A stretch of DNA of 64,000 nt from Tubulanus polymorphus. Its lineage: Eukaryota > Animalia > Nemertea. The position numbers and the translations under genes were made by a program. A model generated the notes under the pieces. It was not told the DNA's origin. It saw only the letters and a list, made by a program, of their open reading frames with translations, and searched no databases. The first letter of the stretch is position 1; every line of letters begins with the position of its first letter. This document shows, in pieces, positions 46,584 to 59,288 of this stretch. The stretch spans positions 14,081,653-14,145,652 of the forward strand of contig NC_134028.1 of NCBI RefSeq assembly GCF_964204645.1. Direction: 5' to 3'.

Positions 46584-46937
46584 TCATTCGAAATCTATTT
46601 CATGGTGCCCTTTTTCATTCTTACCCTTATATATGAAATAGAAATCACCAGAACATAATTCTTCTAGATCTTCACTTGATAATCTATGAAATCTATCCGG
46701 TAAATATGTTCTGAATTTATGTGTATTTCCTTTGAATCCTTCATATTCTAAGTGTATAACTAATTTATCTCCATATTTGTTAGTAACTCTATCAATATTT
46801 GTAATTAGATATTTCTTATGGATTATTAATTCTTTTAACTTCTTAAATTTATAATCTACTGATTTGACATTTGAAGTATCTTTTATTCTATCTAGAAATG
46901 ATTTGTTGTTCTCACTGTGTGTTTGTTTACTCTCCAT
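46584..46937 (-). CDS. 117 aa protein, possibly OB-fold ssDNA-binding
   Basis: FKKLKEL..KYLI..VTNKYGDKLVIHL..YLPDRF..FIYKG; lies next to pPolB; fold is inferred. Confidence 0.6.
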   Translation of the reverse strand: MESKQTHSENNKSFLDRIKDTSNVKSVDYKFKKLKELIIHKKYLITNIDRVTNKYGDKLVIHLEYEGFKGNTHKFRTYLPDRFHRLSSEDLEELCSGDFYFIYKGKNEKGHHEIDFE

Positions 46938-46966
46938 TTATAATACATATTTTTATTAAAATTTGA

Positions 46967-49840
46967 TTAACACGTTAGAATTCTTTTCATTATCTCGTTC
47001 TCTTTTGATTCTTCTCTTTTAAATTTTAACTATTCATCTAAATTACACCCATAAGCAACTGTATGAATTCCATCATCTAAAATATATCTTTTATCATCAA
47101 ATGGGTTTAGACTTATCTTTTCAATTTCTTCAATAAACATTTCATGATCTTCAGATCTTAAAAATCTCATCTTATGTTTTCTAACTTCTTCATTGAATAT
47201 ACAATTGATGTAATCTTTGAAATGAATATTCTACTACACTTTTAGTTATTCCTTTTAACTTTTTAGCTTCATGTTCTTTAGTTTTATATGAATACATCTT
47301 AGATCTAATACCAATGAATTCAATCATTTCTTCACCGCCTAATTCATCTTTGAATTTACCAGGAACTAAACAATTCATGATTTTTAGGATAATTACTGAA
47401 ATCAAAATGATGTTTTAATGTTTTTAAATCATCAGTTATGTTATCAGTTTTTATCTTTAAAATGTAAGAATCGGTATCAAAATATAATATTTTTATATGT
47501 TTTTCTCCAAAAAGTGGTTGTAATACATTATAATAGAATTCATACATTAGTAATTTTGATAATTCTAAAACTGATGCTCCAACATAGATTGGTTTATTAA
47601 ATTTCATTGATGTTCTTCTCATTTTAACTGCGGCTAAATTTTCATCAAATATTCTGTTACCTAAAAACTTAGGATATGATTGTAAATGTCTAATTCTTTT
47701 ACCATTACTAACTAACTCAATATCATTTCTATTTCTAATATTTTCACAAGTCTTACCATAGAATGCATTATTCATTAACTTGAAGAAATCTTTTTCGAAA
47801 TCAGTTTTAGCTTCAGTTCTCTGTTTGGTGTTAAAATCTATATATTTTTCTAACCACTTAGATTGACTGAATGAAATATATCTATGTACTTTTTTTAGGA
47901 CCATTCCTTGTTTTAGATAAAACTTCAACATTCTATAATGTACTACATAATTATATTTATCTTCTTGAGTTACCATTAACTTTTCTGTATGAATATGATT
48001 TTCGGGTTTAATTCTTTTTTGATAATTTGATAATTCTTCATGAGTTACAGTTTTATGTTCGGGACAGTAAGCTAGATTTCTAGATTTAAATTTTTTATCT
48101 TCAGGATATTCTAAATCTACAACAAAGAAGTAACCAGTATCTGAATCATCTGCAATATCTAGAATTCTTTTCTTCCAATCAAATTTATCATTATTTTCAT
48201 TCTGTAAAACTTCAGTTAATTCATATACTCCATAAGGTTGTGGTTCCTGCAGCTGATTGATGAATCTTTTTAATAGTGTTTGTTTTTGGTGGTTCATCTG
48301 AAAAATCATTTTCATTAGAATTTAATTTCTTTCTTTTATAATATATTTCTTTTCTTTCTTGATCAGTTAATTCTTTATTTAATGATTCAAAATCTCCATA
48401 TATTACAAATGGTACTTTATTTTTGTAATCATATTTTTTGAATTCTAATATTTTATCCTTTTCATTTGGTAAAACTAATTTACAATAATCATGATTTTCA
48501 CATAATTGTTTATGATTTAATAATGCACTTTCATTACTGAATCTATGTAAACATTTTCTACATAGGTATATTTTATTATCAAAATCATTTTCTGATTTAA
48601 AAAATAAATCAATTCTTTTAATCCACATATAATGATTCTCATAATAAAATATATCTATAACATCGTTTGAATCATAATCTTTTGGTAGGTATAAAGGTTC
48701 TAATGTATAATGTTTTATGTTGTTACCTTTTGTATTTGGTAATTTGATTAAATCAAATACATTTATCTTTATATTATTATCTCTTTCTATTTTTGGGATG
48801 TTTTTAATTCTAACGAGATACTTATCTATCTTATAATTATTTTGAAGTGGTTTATAATGAGTTAATCTACAAATATTATGAGTTGCAGGATGTAAACAAC
48901 TTATTATAGCCCATAGAAAACATTTATCATCAGAATTTTGTACATTTATTACAGCATTAGTTTTAAATGGTAGTTTAATATAACTTGATGCTTCAATATC
49001 TGGTTCTTTATAATATGATATATTATTTTCATCTATTGGTTTTGATTTAGTTAACTTATTATATTTTGTGTTATAAACATGTAAAGTCATAAATATTATT
49101 TCATCAAATATTAAACCAGATCCTTCAAAATATTTCTCTTCTATTTTAGTTTTTACTTCGTTATAACATTTATCTAATTTATCATCTATATGTTGTTTTG
49201 AAATAATATGTTGTGAATGAGAATTTATATTATATATTGGTTTATCTTCAGATTTTATGAATTTAACTTTAGAAGATATACTTATTTTAGGATATTCAAC
49301 ATCAGTAATTATTTTTATAATATTTTTCATATTTTCTAAATGTTTTTTATTTTCTTCTAATGTTTTTCCTTTATGAAATTTAAACTCGATAACTGCTGGG
49401 CCAATATCACTTTTAAATCCTTCGGTTATCTCTATATCTTTTTTATTATCTAATGAATTAATATAATTTCTTACATCTTCCATGTATGGTCTTTTATTGT
49501 TTAATTTATTTTTTATGCTTTTAATTGTCTTCTGTTTCTTATCATTATCTTTATCAAAATAATCTTCACCTAAAATATCATTATTCTTATTTCTAATATG
49601 ACTTTTAGATTTTGAATGTTCATTATAATATCTTTTATCACTGAATGATTGATTACATGTATCACATTTGTATGTTTCTTTTTCATTCTTTAATTCATCT
49701 AATTTAGTTTCTAATATATCATCTTTATATTCTAGTTTCAATTTATCCTCTAAATGTGTTTTAGTTTTATTGTGTCTTGCTTTTTGGGATTTATCTATAT
49801 TGATTTTACATGTTGGGCAGTAGTACTTATTTGCTTCCAT
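46967..49840 (-). pseudogene. pPolB with ~1.1 kb internal deletion
   Basis: HQSAA joined directly to EPQPYG at ~48248; EndoVII-like region, most of the exonuclease and motif A lost. Confidence 0.93.
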
Positions 49841-49919
49841 TTTAATACAAAATTTTTCATTAAAATTGATTTTAGAAGTTATTCATTTATATTTTATTCA
49901 TATATATGAATATTTTAAG

Positions 49920-49972
49920 AGTAATTGGGAATATCTTGTTTCAGGTTAAAGGTTGAATGGTCGAGTTCATTA
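49920..49972. repeat. Inner arm of terminal palindrome
   Basis: AGTAATTGGGAATATCTTGTTTCAGGTTAAAGGTTGAATGGTCGAG, about 80 bp upstream of the pPolB ATG as in copy C. Confidence 0.8.
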
Positions 49973-50071
49973 ATAACAAATATCAAAAGTAATTTAAAAC
50001 TATAATATATTTTCATAACCGTGTGTATTTCAGTTGAATATTATTATTATTTGAATATATTTGATTATATG

Positions 50072-50161
50072 AATGTGTGTATTGTAAATAAATCAATTGG
50101 TCGCGGAGCGGAGCGGCAGCGAAGTGGAGCGACCAATTGATTTATTTACAATACACACATT
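50072..50161. repeat. Perfect 33-bp inverted repeat with GC-rich loop
   Basis: AATGTGTGTATTGTAAATAAATCAATTGGTCGC / GCGACCAATTGATTTATTTACAATACACACATT. Confidence 0.92.
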
Positions 50162-50189
50162 ACACACAATTAATTTATTTACCGATATG

Positions 50190-50403
50190 TGTAACCATAA
50201 CTTTTCTTGTTAAATAATTTGTATCCATTTTCTAATGGATTTGATATGTTGGTTGATTTTGTAACCATAATTTTAACTCACTATATTTTATATTTTCTTT
50301 ATCAGATTTAATTTTATCCCATAATTCTGTAACACTAGAATATGATACTTCACTCTCTGGGTTATAATATAAATCTCTTAAATATTGTTTCTTTTTTCAT
50401 CTT
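50190..50403 (-). pseudogene. Integrase 5' fragment
   Basis: Reverse complement matches 6036-6250. Confidence 0.82.
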
Positions 50404-50414
50404 ATTTTAATCCA

Positions 50415-50783
50415 TTAATAATAATTTAGATTTAGTTTCAATGACTTTATGATTTGACTTATTTCTGATATGATTTGACTAAGTTTCCGATTATCATTGG
50501 AATCATCTTTATCATCAGATTTGAATTTTGATTTATATATTACACCGGATAATATAATAACTGTTACTAATCCAATTGTAATATATAATTTATAATTACT
50601 TCCAGCATTAGAAGAATTAGATGGATTATTATTTGAATCAATATCAGATAGAGTCTGCGATTCATTTATATCAGTTAATTTCTTTTTCTTAGCTTTTTTT
50701 AATTCTGCAGATCTTTTACCTAATTCTCTTGCCCATTTAATTTGTTTCTCGGATCTAACCTTTTTCTCAACGCCATCACTCAT
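50415..50783 (-). CDS. Small basic single-TM protein
   Basis: RSEKQIKWARELGK..LYITIGLVTVIILSGVIY. Confidence 0.72.
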   Translation of the reverse strand: MSDGVEKKVRSEKQIKWARELGKRSAELKKAKKKKLTDINESQTLSDIDSNNNPSNSSNAGSNYKLYITIGLVTVIILSGVIYKSKFKSDDKDDSNDNRKLSQIISEISQIIKSLKLNLNYY

Positions 50784-50802
50784 TATTTTTTCTCATTTAT
50801 TT

Positions 50803-51138
50803 TTATAACTTTGAATAACATTTGACAATACCATCTGAAATAGAATCATTTATTCGGGCTAATCTTGCCTCTTCATAAATCTTAAAATATTTTATTACTT
50901 TATCTGGTTTCATAGAGTCTAGTTCTTGAAAAGTAATGATTCTATTTAAAAACTCCTTAGTTTTTCCACCGGCAATCAATAGTTCTAGATGATGCTTACA
51001 ATATAAATAGTATTCATAATCTATATTACAATTAACTTGAGCACAATTAGTTACAACTGTATCTTTATTATCACTTATACCCAAATCATCTAATGTCTTT
51101 TCAATATCAATACTATTCTTATTAGATTTCTTTGACAT
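50803..51138 (-). pseudogene. MSKKS.. ORF, 3' deleted
   Basis: Homolog of 5076-5677. Confidence 0.75.
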
Positions 51139-52000
51139 TTATATTAGAGAAAAAAAGCAAAAAAAAATATTATAAGTATTCTTCAAATGATACTAGTATC
51201 TCTTTGGGTTAATACTAGTTAGTTAAAGGTAAAGAATTTTAGTATTAGTTATTGTTTTTTTTTAGTATTTTTTAATTGTGATATAAAGTATTCTTTTTTG
51301 AAAAGAAAATATTAAAAATATAATAGAATTCACTAGCTAGTTGAAGTTATTGTTTTTTCAATATTTTTTATTTAAAATCTATTATTCTTCAACCACTCAA
51401 TAAAGATTCAACATATTGTTCATTATTTGGATCATTGTTCCATAATTCGATGAATTTCTTTGCTTTATCTAATTGATCCAAATATAACTGTAAATCTAGT
51501 TTATTAGATTTGCTTTGATTTTCTTTCTTTTCTAAAGGTCTTAAATTTTTCCAGTTCCATATTAGCTTCTTATTATAATCATCATTCATGTCAAATTTAG
51601 AAATCGGCAACACATGATCAATATGGTAATAATCCCCATAATTATCTATATTCATTTTATCATCGAATTGATATATTATCCATGATTTGAAAAATTCATT
51701 TGAACAGCAGATAGTGTTTCTGAATGTGTTTCTTTGTTGAATATTTGCGTTAATCTAGATCTTAAGCATTGTTTCAATCTAAAATTAAGATCTGTTTGAT
51801 ATCTTTCTCTCATATATTCTGTCATATAATCATTATAAGCTTCTCTATTATCTTCTCGATATTGTTTGGTATATAGTTTAAAACAAGTTTTACAGCAATA
51901 TTGAAAATCATCTTTGCTAATCTTACGCTTACTAAATTCTGTTAAAGCTAATTTATCTAATTCACATTTAGAACACTTCTTGTAATATATATTTATAACA

Positions 52001-55000
52001 CACGAAGGTACAGAGCCGCAACTTTCAGCGACCTTGACACCAAACACGTGAACTATCTAGGTGCGCGAATGTTGTTATGACGTCATAATACTCTAAATAA
52101 ACAACACCGCGCGGTCTCGCGATACGCGCGTGGAAGGATCTAAAATCTATTCTGCGATGTATTTTAAATAATATTTATAAAAGAATCCATTTAAAGACTA
52201 TAAATAACATATAAAACATAAAATTGATTGAAAGCAACATCGCTGGAAGATAAGTTTTAAAAATTTGATTGGTGTCAATCATCAATTACCGCTAGTCAAA
52301 ATGGCGGCCGTCATGATAAACAAGACGGAGAATTTTCTTTAACTGACTGGATCTGGTATAAAATGTAGTATTTCACATCACAAATGGCCCAAGTCCGTTT
52401 AAAAGAATAACTGTACCGCACTCAAGGCACCAAGGTTGGAATATGGCTTTGGATCATGATAAAATAGTGCGCTACGACCGATAAAATATCAGCTGTCGGT
52501 ACTCGGTCATGCCATGTGGTACAGGCCTACTACTACTCTTCTGTCGCATCGATCGAATCGGAACCTGATTCCCGAAGCAGCCAAGGTCCTAACGAGAAGA
52601 ATAAACGAAACAAATGTAAGTGTCCTGCTCTCAATTCTACGGTGTCTAATTATCTTCAAGTGTCTACTCCATCCACACTTTAATGTAGTCTACAAAAACA
52701 TGGACAAGCAATACTTTAGTAGATTAGGTTCTCGTCAAACAATCTACTGGGGGTTGAGTGTACGTGTAGGTAGTGTACTCACTGCTACTTATCTTATTTT
52801 TAGGAAACATTTTTGACAGACCACCTATCTACTAGTGTCGAATGATTTTTCCATGGACCCGAAAAGTAGGCCTAGGCCTCTTAGAGTCGTAAGACGGTAG
52901 GCTATTCATGTCATTTATTTACATAACTATGAAGTCTTGAAATAAATTTCCACATGCAATTTTTTTTATTTCAAAGGCAATGTTTTTTTTCAGAGAGTTC
53001 AGCCTGTTACAGGAACCCGAACAATGCTAATTTAGAGGTCAACTTGTGACTAGATAAGCCAGGTTTACAGGATTGGAGATGATAAAAAGTGAATAGTCCT
53101 CACTGACTGAATGGTAAATACATCATCTGTAGTCATCGCTGCTGTATTGAATCATTTAACTTTCAGCAATCAATTGATTTTTTTGTTTGCTTTTATTCAT
53201 CTTTAGGTGATGCAGATATCAAGTACAAGGGCATGAAGTTGAATCTTTAAACTGGGGATTGTCAAGATTTTACTTGTTTCCATCTTTTCACTTTGATGTT
53301 TGAATAAATCTAAACATATAAAAGAGCTTTTTCTTATGCGTATTCTTGAAGTCGTGAATTCCTATTCATTCCTACTAACAGAAGAAAATAAGAGAAGCTT
53401 CGTCTACACTTTCATCTTATACCGAGGTTATGCGTCTACACTAAGCTCGAAACACGGGTTGAATGCAAAAAGCCAGGTTTTTGAAAAAAGAGTTATATAA
53501 CCTATTGAGAATTGAACCTATGTTCACGAAAAACTCTACAGGGCCCAGTTTCACGAAAAAGTTTAAGCCTAAAACGGTTAAGTTTGAATCGTTGTCCTCA
53601 TTCAAAACATGAAGTACCCAATAGCAATTACACCAAAAATTTGAGTTTAACTTTTTTGTGAAACTGAGACCAGATGTGGATTCAGTTACTGGAGCTAAAT
53701 TAAGTGTAGATGCAGCCCTGCAAACGCTGGGTTTATATGAACCCGCATACTTTGAAACCCGGGTTCAACGAGCTGTAGACGTGGTAATATATATCGCAGT
53801 CAGAAAAAGAAGCAAATTGAAAGTACATCAATCTTTTATTTCCAACCTAAAACAATGAGACAGAAGGTTTGAATGCAACAAGCCATTTGAGCAATTGCGG
53901 TTACTAATTTGTAAAATGTATTGATATGATATGGAAGGCCAACTGCTGAATTCCATGGGTACCATCAGAACCAAATGCACGCTACTTGCCATCTACCTGA
54001 AATAAACAAATGTCAATATTATGTTTTAAACAAATAAATATGAAAAAAATGCAAATTTCTGTATGATACAACTTACATTTGAATGGGAAAAATCGGTTAT
54101 AAAATATCTGCTATGTCTGACAAATAACTGACGAATCCTATAAAACAAAAAATATATTATCTTTAAAATAAAATTAACAATTCAAAGATTTTTGGCAATC
54201 TTCCAATACAATATACATAGGTCCCTAGTAGGCCTACGCTAAACACTAACTGAGCCAGACAACCTGATATCCTTTCAAACAAAACTGAATTCGACATTAG
54301 ATGTGAGATGCGTGAAAATGAGCCATAGGCTGGTTTTCCACGAGAAACAGATCAATCAAATTTATTTCCCTTTAGCCGTTTCCACAACAAGGGTGCGGCA
54401 CTGTTGGACAGGACAGACACACATTTTCGAGTCTGTATTAATCAATTGTTTACTGTGAGAGCGCAGTAATTAGTCAGAATTTTCAGGGAAATCCCCTACA
54501 AAAATGGCCCCACCACCCGAAGACCTGCACACAAATTTCTGTGTCAGAGCCAAAATTGAGGTAACGCCTGCGCTTTTACGCCTTTCTCGTGGAAAATCCT
54601 AGTTTAGGCATATTACGCAACGAATTCAATATTTCCTTATGCCAAATGATTATTCTCATAACAGTCCTTCATTTCAGGATTCAATAAGTCTCAGTATGTG
54701 TTTTATAGACTGTGGCACTAGTCCAATTACAATAATTTTCGAATTTGGTCCGCAGTTTACGATTAGGCCTAACTTGATGACGCAAATTCTAAGTCAACTC
54801 GTAATAGGGAGTACACATTCTATATATCAAAATTGACAGGAGAACAAGATCTAATTACGTATGTTTTCAGATTTCGAATGAACCCAATTATATTCGGGTA
54901 AAAGTCATCAAAATTAATAAGGTAAAAACGCTAGCTCATAAAATTAGTTTTTGAAGTAGTACGAGAAACTGGGAATATCTCACTTATTTCCAATGCCATA

Positions 55001-55436
55001 TAGACATATAAGGTATCATTCGATTCGTTTTTAGATGGGTTTTAATACTATAGGGTATTTGGATGACTGAACTGTCTATTCTACCTTAAATTCTTCCAAA
55101 ACTTTGAGATTTCGGAGGTCCAAAACCGGCAAAATGACAAAGTTACTTCCTGGTTTTCAGCGCCGCCCTGGGAAATTAATATGGCGAAAGTTGAGAAAAC
55201 TGGAACATAGCTAAACGCTAAAACACGTATAATTTCGTTTTAGATATGTTTCGGCTCGAATCCCAAATAGTTAATACCTTAAAACGTGACATTAGTCCGG
55301 GTGCCGTTCCGTATTCATTCAACACGCGCGCTCAACCGCGAAGCTATTTTTAGCGCAACAATCAATTTAACCAATAGAGACGCGCTACGTCATAACGTTC
55401 GACATGGTCGCATTTGCCTTTACTCGTACCGTCGTG
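52001..55436. mobile_element. Non-autonomous DNA transposon with CAC..GTG termini and 4-bp TSD (CMC/Chapaev-like)
   Basis: AACA-CACGAAGGTAC ... GTACCGTCGTG-AACA; the uninterrupted gene at 3279 has a single AACA at this site. Confidence 0.8.
53542..53670. mobile_element. Harbinger-type MITE
   Basis: CAG-GGCCCAGTTTCACGAAAAAGTT ... AACTTTTTTGTGAAACTGAGAC-CAG. Confidence 0.7.
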
Positions 55437-55529
55437 AACACCAGCAGTGTTATTTGTAATGTTGATAATTTGTGGTTGTTCTGGTTCCATTTATTATACA
55501 TATTTTTTACTAAATTGGTTAATATTTTA

Positions 55530-56870
55530 GAATCCTCTTCCATTTCTTCGACCAACGTCATCCTTTTTCATTCCTCACTGCTTTTGATAAGTTGTTTCGA
55601 TTCCTTGATATCTAAATAATACCACTGGGCAAAACCGCTCTTATAGGAGCGTTTTTGCTTAATGCGCATGCGTTAATCATAATTATATATTCATTCTGTA
55701 AATTCTGTAAAATAGAAACAACACATGCGTTACATGCGTCACATGCATCACATGCGGCCATTGATGTCCGGTTTTGCTTAATGCACATGTGTTAATCATA
55801 ATAGAAACAACCGACATGAAATATCTAAATAATACCACTGGGCAAACCGCTCTTATAGGAGCGTTTTTGCTTAATGCGCATGCGTTAATCATAATTATAT
55901 ATTCATTCTGTAAATTCTGTAAAATAGAAACAACTGAACATAAAAAATTCAAACGCATGTGCACTAGGCAAAACCGCTCTTATAGGAGCGTTTTTGATCA
56001 ATGCGCATGCGCTAATCCTAATTATATATTCATTCTGTAAAATAGAAACAACTGAACATAGAAAATTCAAACGCATGTGCACTAGGCTAAACCACTCTTA
56101 TAGGAGCGTTTTTGATCAATGCGCATGCGTTAATCATAATTGTATATTCATTCTGAATAGAAACGACCGAACATAAAAATTCACCAAACAGATTTACACA
56201 ATACATTATAGAAGTTGGTCAGTCGTTTCTTTCAATACATCATTTGATTTCTATAAATACAATTTATAATAACAAACATTTTTTCAATTGCTGGTAAATA
56301 TTTAACTACATCAACAAATGTTAAACTTAATCATTGGAGTCTTAATGTTTTGGAATTCTTATATAGTTTCTTCATCGATCTTTTGGCGATTCTATTGGTT
56401 TGATATCCATTGCTGTTGATTCCTCAGTCAGAAAGAGTATCTTGAGTTTCTCTCTCACTTCTTGATGCGTATGGCGTTTTATTAATCTAAAAGATATTAG
56501 CGGCAACTCTAGCCATCTAAAAGATATACTAAATACACTTAAATATATCTAAAGGTTTCATATTTAATAGCCCTAATAACTACAAAAAACAGTACTTACA
56601 TTTAGATTTAGAATTGTAAACTATAAACTCCTAATTTCGTTTCGAGAGATAGAATATCCTGAGCACAATGTTACAGCGTCTGTTCATTTCTTGCCACGTC
56701 ATCTGGTTCCGGTTCTAGAGTGTTCTCTGCACGTTTGTTATAATGAGTCATATGTCTCGGCGTCATAGTAACAGCTGTAACAGCTGTGAATTTATAGATT
56801 TATTCCATAGCTCTTTACATAGAATGTATATAGGCTCAAATAGAATCATGTTCTAGTATAAACAGCTATG
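55530..56870 (-). mobile_element. Non-Polinton insertion related to 3928-4751 (boundaries approximate)
   Basis: Reverse complement of ~56575-56660 matches ~4190-4262 (AGGATATTCT..TTAGGAGTTTA..AAATGTAAGTACTGTTTTT). Confidence 0.5.
55612..56180. repeat. Minisatellite, four ~120 bp units each with a small hairpin
   Basis: AAACCGCTCTTATAGGAGCGTTTTTG..AATGCGCATGCGTTAATC..TAGAAACAAC repeated. Confidence 0.9.
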
Positions 56871-56943
56871 CATTTTTTTAAATATATTTTATTTGAATTC
56901 TATTTGATATCTCACTACTTTTGTTTATCTATTAGGAGCAGTA

Positions 56944-57185
56944 ATTATAACTGTCCAGATTTCGGATCCTTGATATCAAATTCCTCAACGTATTGTTCAT
57001 TATTTGGATCATTATTCCATAATTCAATAAATTTCTTTGCCTTTGTTAACTGTTCTGAATATAACTGTAAATATTCTAGTTTCAATTTATTCTCTAAATG
57101 TGTTTTAGTTTTATTGTGTCTTGCTTTTTTAGGATTTATCTATATTGATATTACATGTTGGACAGTAGTACTTATTTGCTTCCAT
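56944..57185 (-). pseudogene. Chimera of pPolB N-terminus and HNH C-terminus
   Basis: MEANKYYCPTC..HLENKLKLEY then LQLYSEQLTKAKKFIELWNNDP; one internal stop. Confidence 0.8.
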
Positions 57186-57289
57186 TTTAATACTAAATTT
57201 TTTATTAAAATTGATTTTAGAAGTTATTCATTTACATTTTATTCATATATATTATGAATAAATATTTTAATAATCAGTAATATTTTAAG

Positions 57290-57414
57290 AGTAATAGGGA
57301 ATAAGTTGTTTCATATCAAAGGTTGAAGGGGCGAGTAAGTAAAAAATAAAGAATATAAAATTCGAGTTTGCGAGAATTTATTTTTTATTTTTTATGAGCT
57401 CGACCCTTCCAACC
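57290..57414. repeat. Terminal palindrome, outer arm truncated
   Basis: AGTAATAGGGAATAAG..AATTCGAGTTTGCGAGAATTT..ATGAGCTCGACCCTTCCAACC. Confidence 0.88.
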
Positions 57415-57419
57415 AAAAT

Positions 57420-57853
57420 TGAAAATAATATTCAAGTTAATAACAATAAAGATTATGAATACTACTTATATTGTAAACACCATCTTGAATTACTAATTGC
57501 TAGCGGGAAATCTTAACAATTTTTGACTAAGACTATTACTTTTCAAGAACCAGATGCTATGAAACCAGATAAAGTAATAAAATATTTTAAGATTTATGAA
57601 GAAGCTAGATTAGCTAGAATAAATGATTCTATTTCAGATGTTATTGTCAAATGTTATTCTAAGTTATGTAACCAGTTAATACCAATTGATGATGAAAATA
57701 AATTATATAGTGATTTGAAAAATGACTATTTAGTTATGACTGAATTACAAAAATGGGTTGGTTATGCTTAAAGGAAAAAAGTATTCTTTGGTGAAATATA
57801 AAGGATACGATGATAAATTTAATGAATGGATTTTATCTAGTAAAATTAAATGA
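57420..57853 (+). pseudogene. MSKKS.. ORF fragment fused to integrase 3' end
   Basis: QKWVGYA joined to (L)KGKKYSLVKYKG at ~57768. Confidence 0.8.
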
Positions 57854-57857
57854 ATAA

Positions 57858-58478
57858 ATGAATAAAGATTTATTTATATTTGAACCGCATAATATGTTAG
57901 TTACTGGAGTAACCAACTGTGGTAAAACACATTTCATATTAGATTTGTTAGAAACTATTTATAAGAATCATTTTGATAATATAATATTATTCTGTCCTAC
58001 TTATGAAATGAATAAAACATATAATAGAGATATAGTTAAGATAAAAAAGTTTATTATATTAGATCCTAAAACAGTAAAAGAAAATTTAGATAATTGTATT
58101 AAAATAGCAATTGATACTTATAAAGGATTAAATACATTATTCATTATAGATGATTGCGCTAATTTACATGATTCAAAAGTGAGAGAAAGTGAGTTATGTT
58201 ATTTAGCTTTCTCTGGGAGACATTTTGGGATAACAACATGGGTTTTAAATCAAAAATATAATTCAATTGTTAAAGACTTTAGGGAGAATATAAGATTTCT
58301 AGTTTTATTCTACAATAAAGATAGAAAATTTATGCAACAATCATTGGAAAAAAATCAAATTATACCTACTGAATTACATGATGAATATATGAATAAATTA
58401 AAGAATAATGAAGGTTCAAAATTATTACTGAGATTACAATTTCCCTATGAATATAAATTTATAAAATTAAATTCATAA
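57858..58478 (+). CDS. A32/FtsK-like packaging ATPase, intact
   Basis: GVTNCGKT, LFIIDD, SGRHFG. Confidence 0.92.
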   Translation: MNKDLFIFEPHNMLVTGVTNCGKTHFILDLLETIYKNHFDNIILFCPTYEMNKTYNRDIVKIKKFIILDPKTVKENLDNCIKIAIDTYKGLNTLFIIDDCANLHDSKVRESELCYLAFSGRHFGITTWVLNQKYNSIVKDFRENIRFLVLFYNKDRKFMQQSLEKNQIIPTELHDEYMNKLKNNEGSKLLLRLQFPYEYKFIKLNS

Positions 58479-58494
58479 TTTGGAATATTATAGA

Positions 58495-58677
58495 AACTAA
58501 TTTATATTTCTATATACTAGACGTACGTAAGAATCCAAGATTCTTGCTAAGAAAGTAAGAATTCTTGGATTCTTACTCGTACGTCTAGTATATTGATATA
58601 TAAATTATTAAATGAAATATATAATAATGAATAAATTATATATTAAAACTATGTTTATAATTTATGTTTACACAGGG

Positions 58678-58744
<67 letters not shown>

Positions 58745-58895
58745 AAATTTAGAATAATTTAGAATAATTATTCTAATTAATTCTAATTAATAATTATTCT
58801 GAAACTGTTTATATATCTATGTACTAGACGTGTGAGTAAGAATTCTTACCAAGATTCTTACGTACGTCTAGTATATAGATATATAAATTAGTTTT
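58495..58895. repeat. Two central palindromes separated by a (TA)n tract
   Basis: TACTAGACGT..ACGTCTAGTA at ~58515-58590 and ~58822-58873; (TA)~30 at 58682-58740. Confidence 0.9.
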
Positions 58896-59021
58896 ATAAT
58901 AATTATTCTAAATAAAATATATAAAAATGAATAAATTATATGTTTTCTCTTAATGAAAATAAAAATAGATAATATTATAACTATTTCTATACTTAGATTA
59001 ATAATTTATGTTTTATAATAA

Positions 59022-59288
59022 TTATTCTAATTTTGTTTCTAATACATTTATAAAATCATCTCTGTTTATATCTAATTCATCAAAAGTCTTAGGTAGATTT
59101 ATTAATTTTAATTGAGCCATCTTAACATAATAATTAGTAGGTATATTAGCTTTTTCTCTTAATTTTTCTAAGTATTCATCAAAATCATCATAATCAAAAT
59201 CAAAATGATATCCAAAATTATTTATCAGATAACTGAAATCTATTTTTCTAAAATATAATAATTTATATATTTGTTCAGGATTCTGCAT
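59022..59288 (-). CDS. 88 aa hypothetical ORF (possibly the frameshifted C-terminus of the zinc-finger protein)
   Basis: Homologous region at 37700-37960. Confidence 0.55.
   Translation of the reverse strand: MQNPEQIYKLLYFRKIDFSYLINNFGYHFDFDYDDFDEYLEKLREKANIPTNYYVKMAQLKLINLPKTFDELDINRDDFINVLETKLE

Larger units (their letters stand above)
36583..49972 (-). mobile_element. Polinton copy D (integrase end and ATPase through the left arm to the TIR arm), inverted relative to C
   Basis: Contiguous consensus gene order on the reverse strand. Confidence 0.9.
51389..55489 (-). pseudogene. HNH endonuclease gene split by a 3.4 kb insertion
   Basis: 5' end MEPEQPQIINITNNTAG at 55489-55437; remainder at 52000-51389. 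Confidence 0.85.

Noticed and set aside
49860-49870. Mimivirus early promoter AAAATTGA upstream of pPolB
   Set aside because: Lies on the strand opposite to the gene and is expected by chance in AT-rich DNA.
55683-56176. ORFs within the minisatellite
   Set aside because: Products of repeat periodicity.
55612-56180. CRISPR-like array
   Set aside because: Units are whole tandem copies without unique spacers; eukaryotic context and no cas genes.
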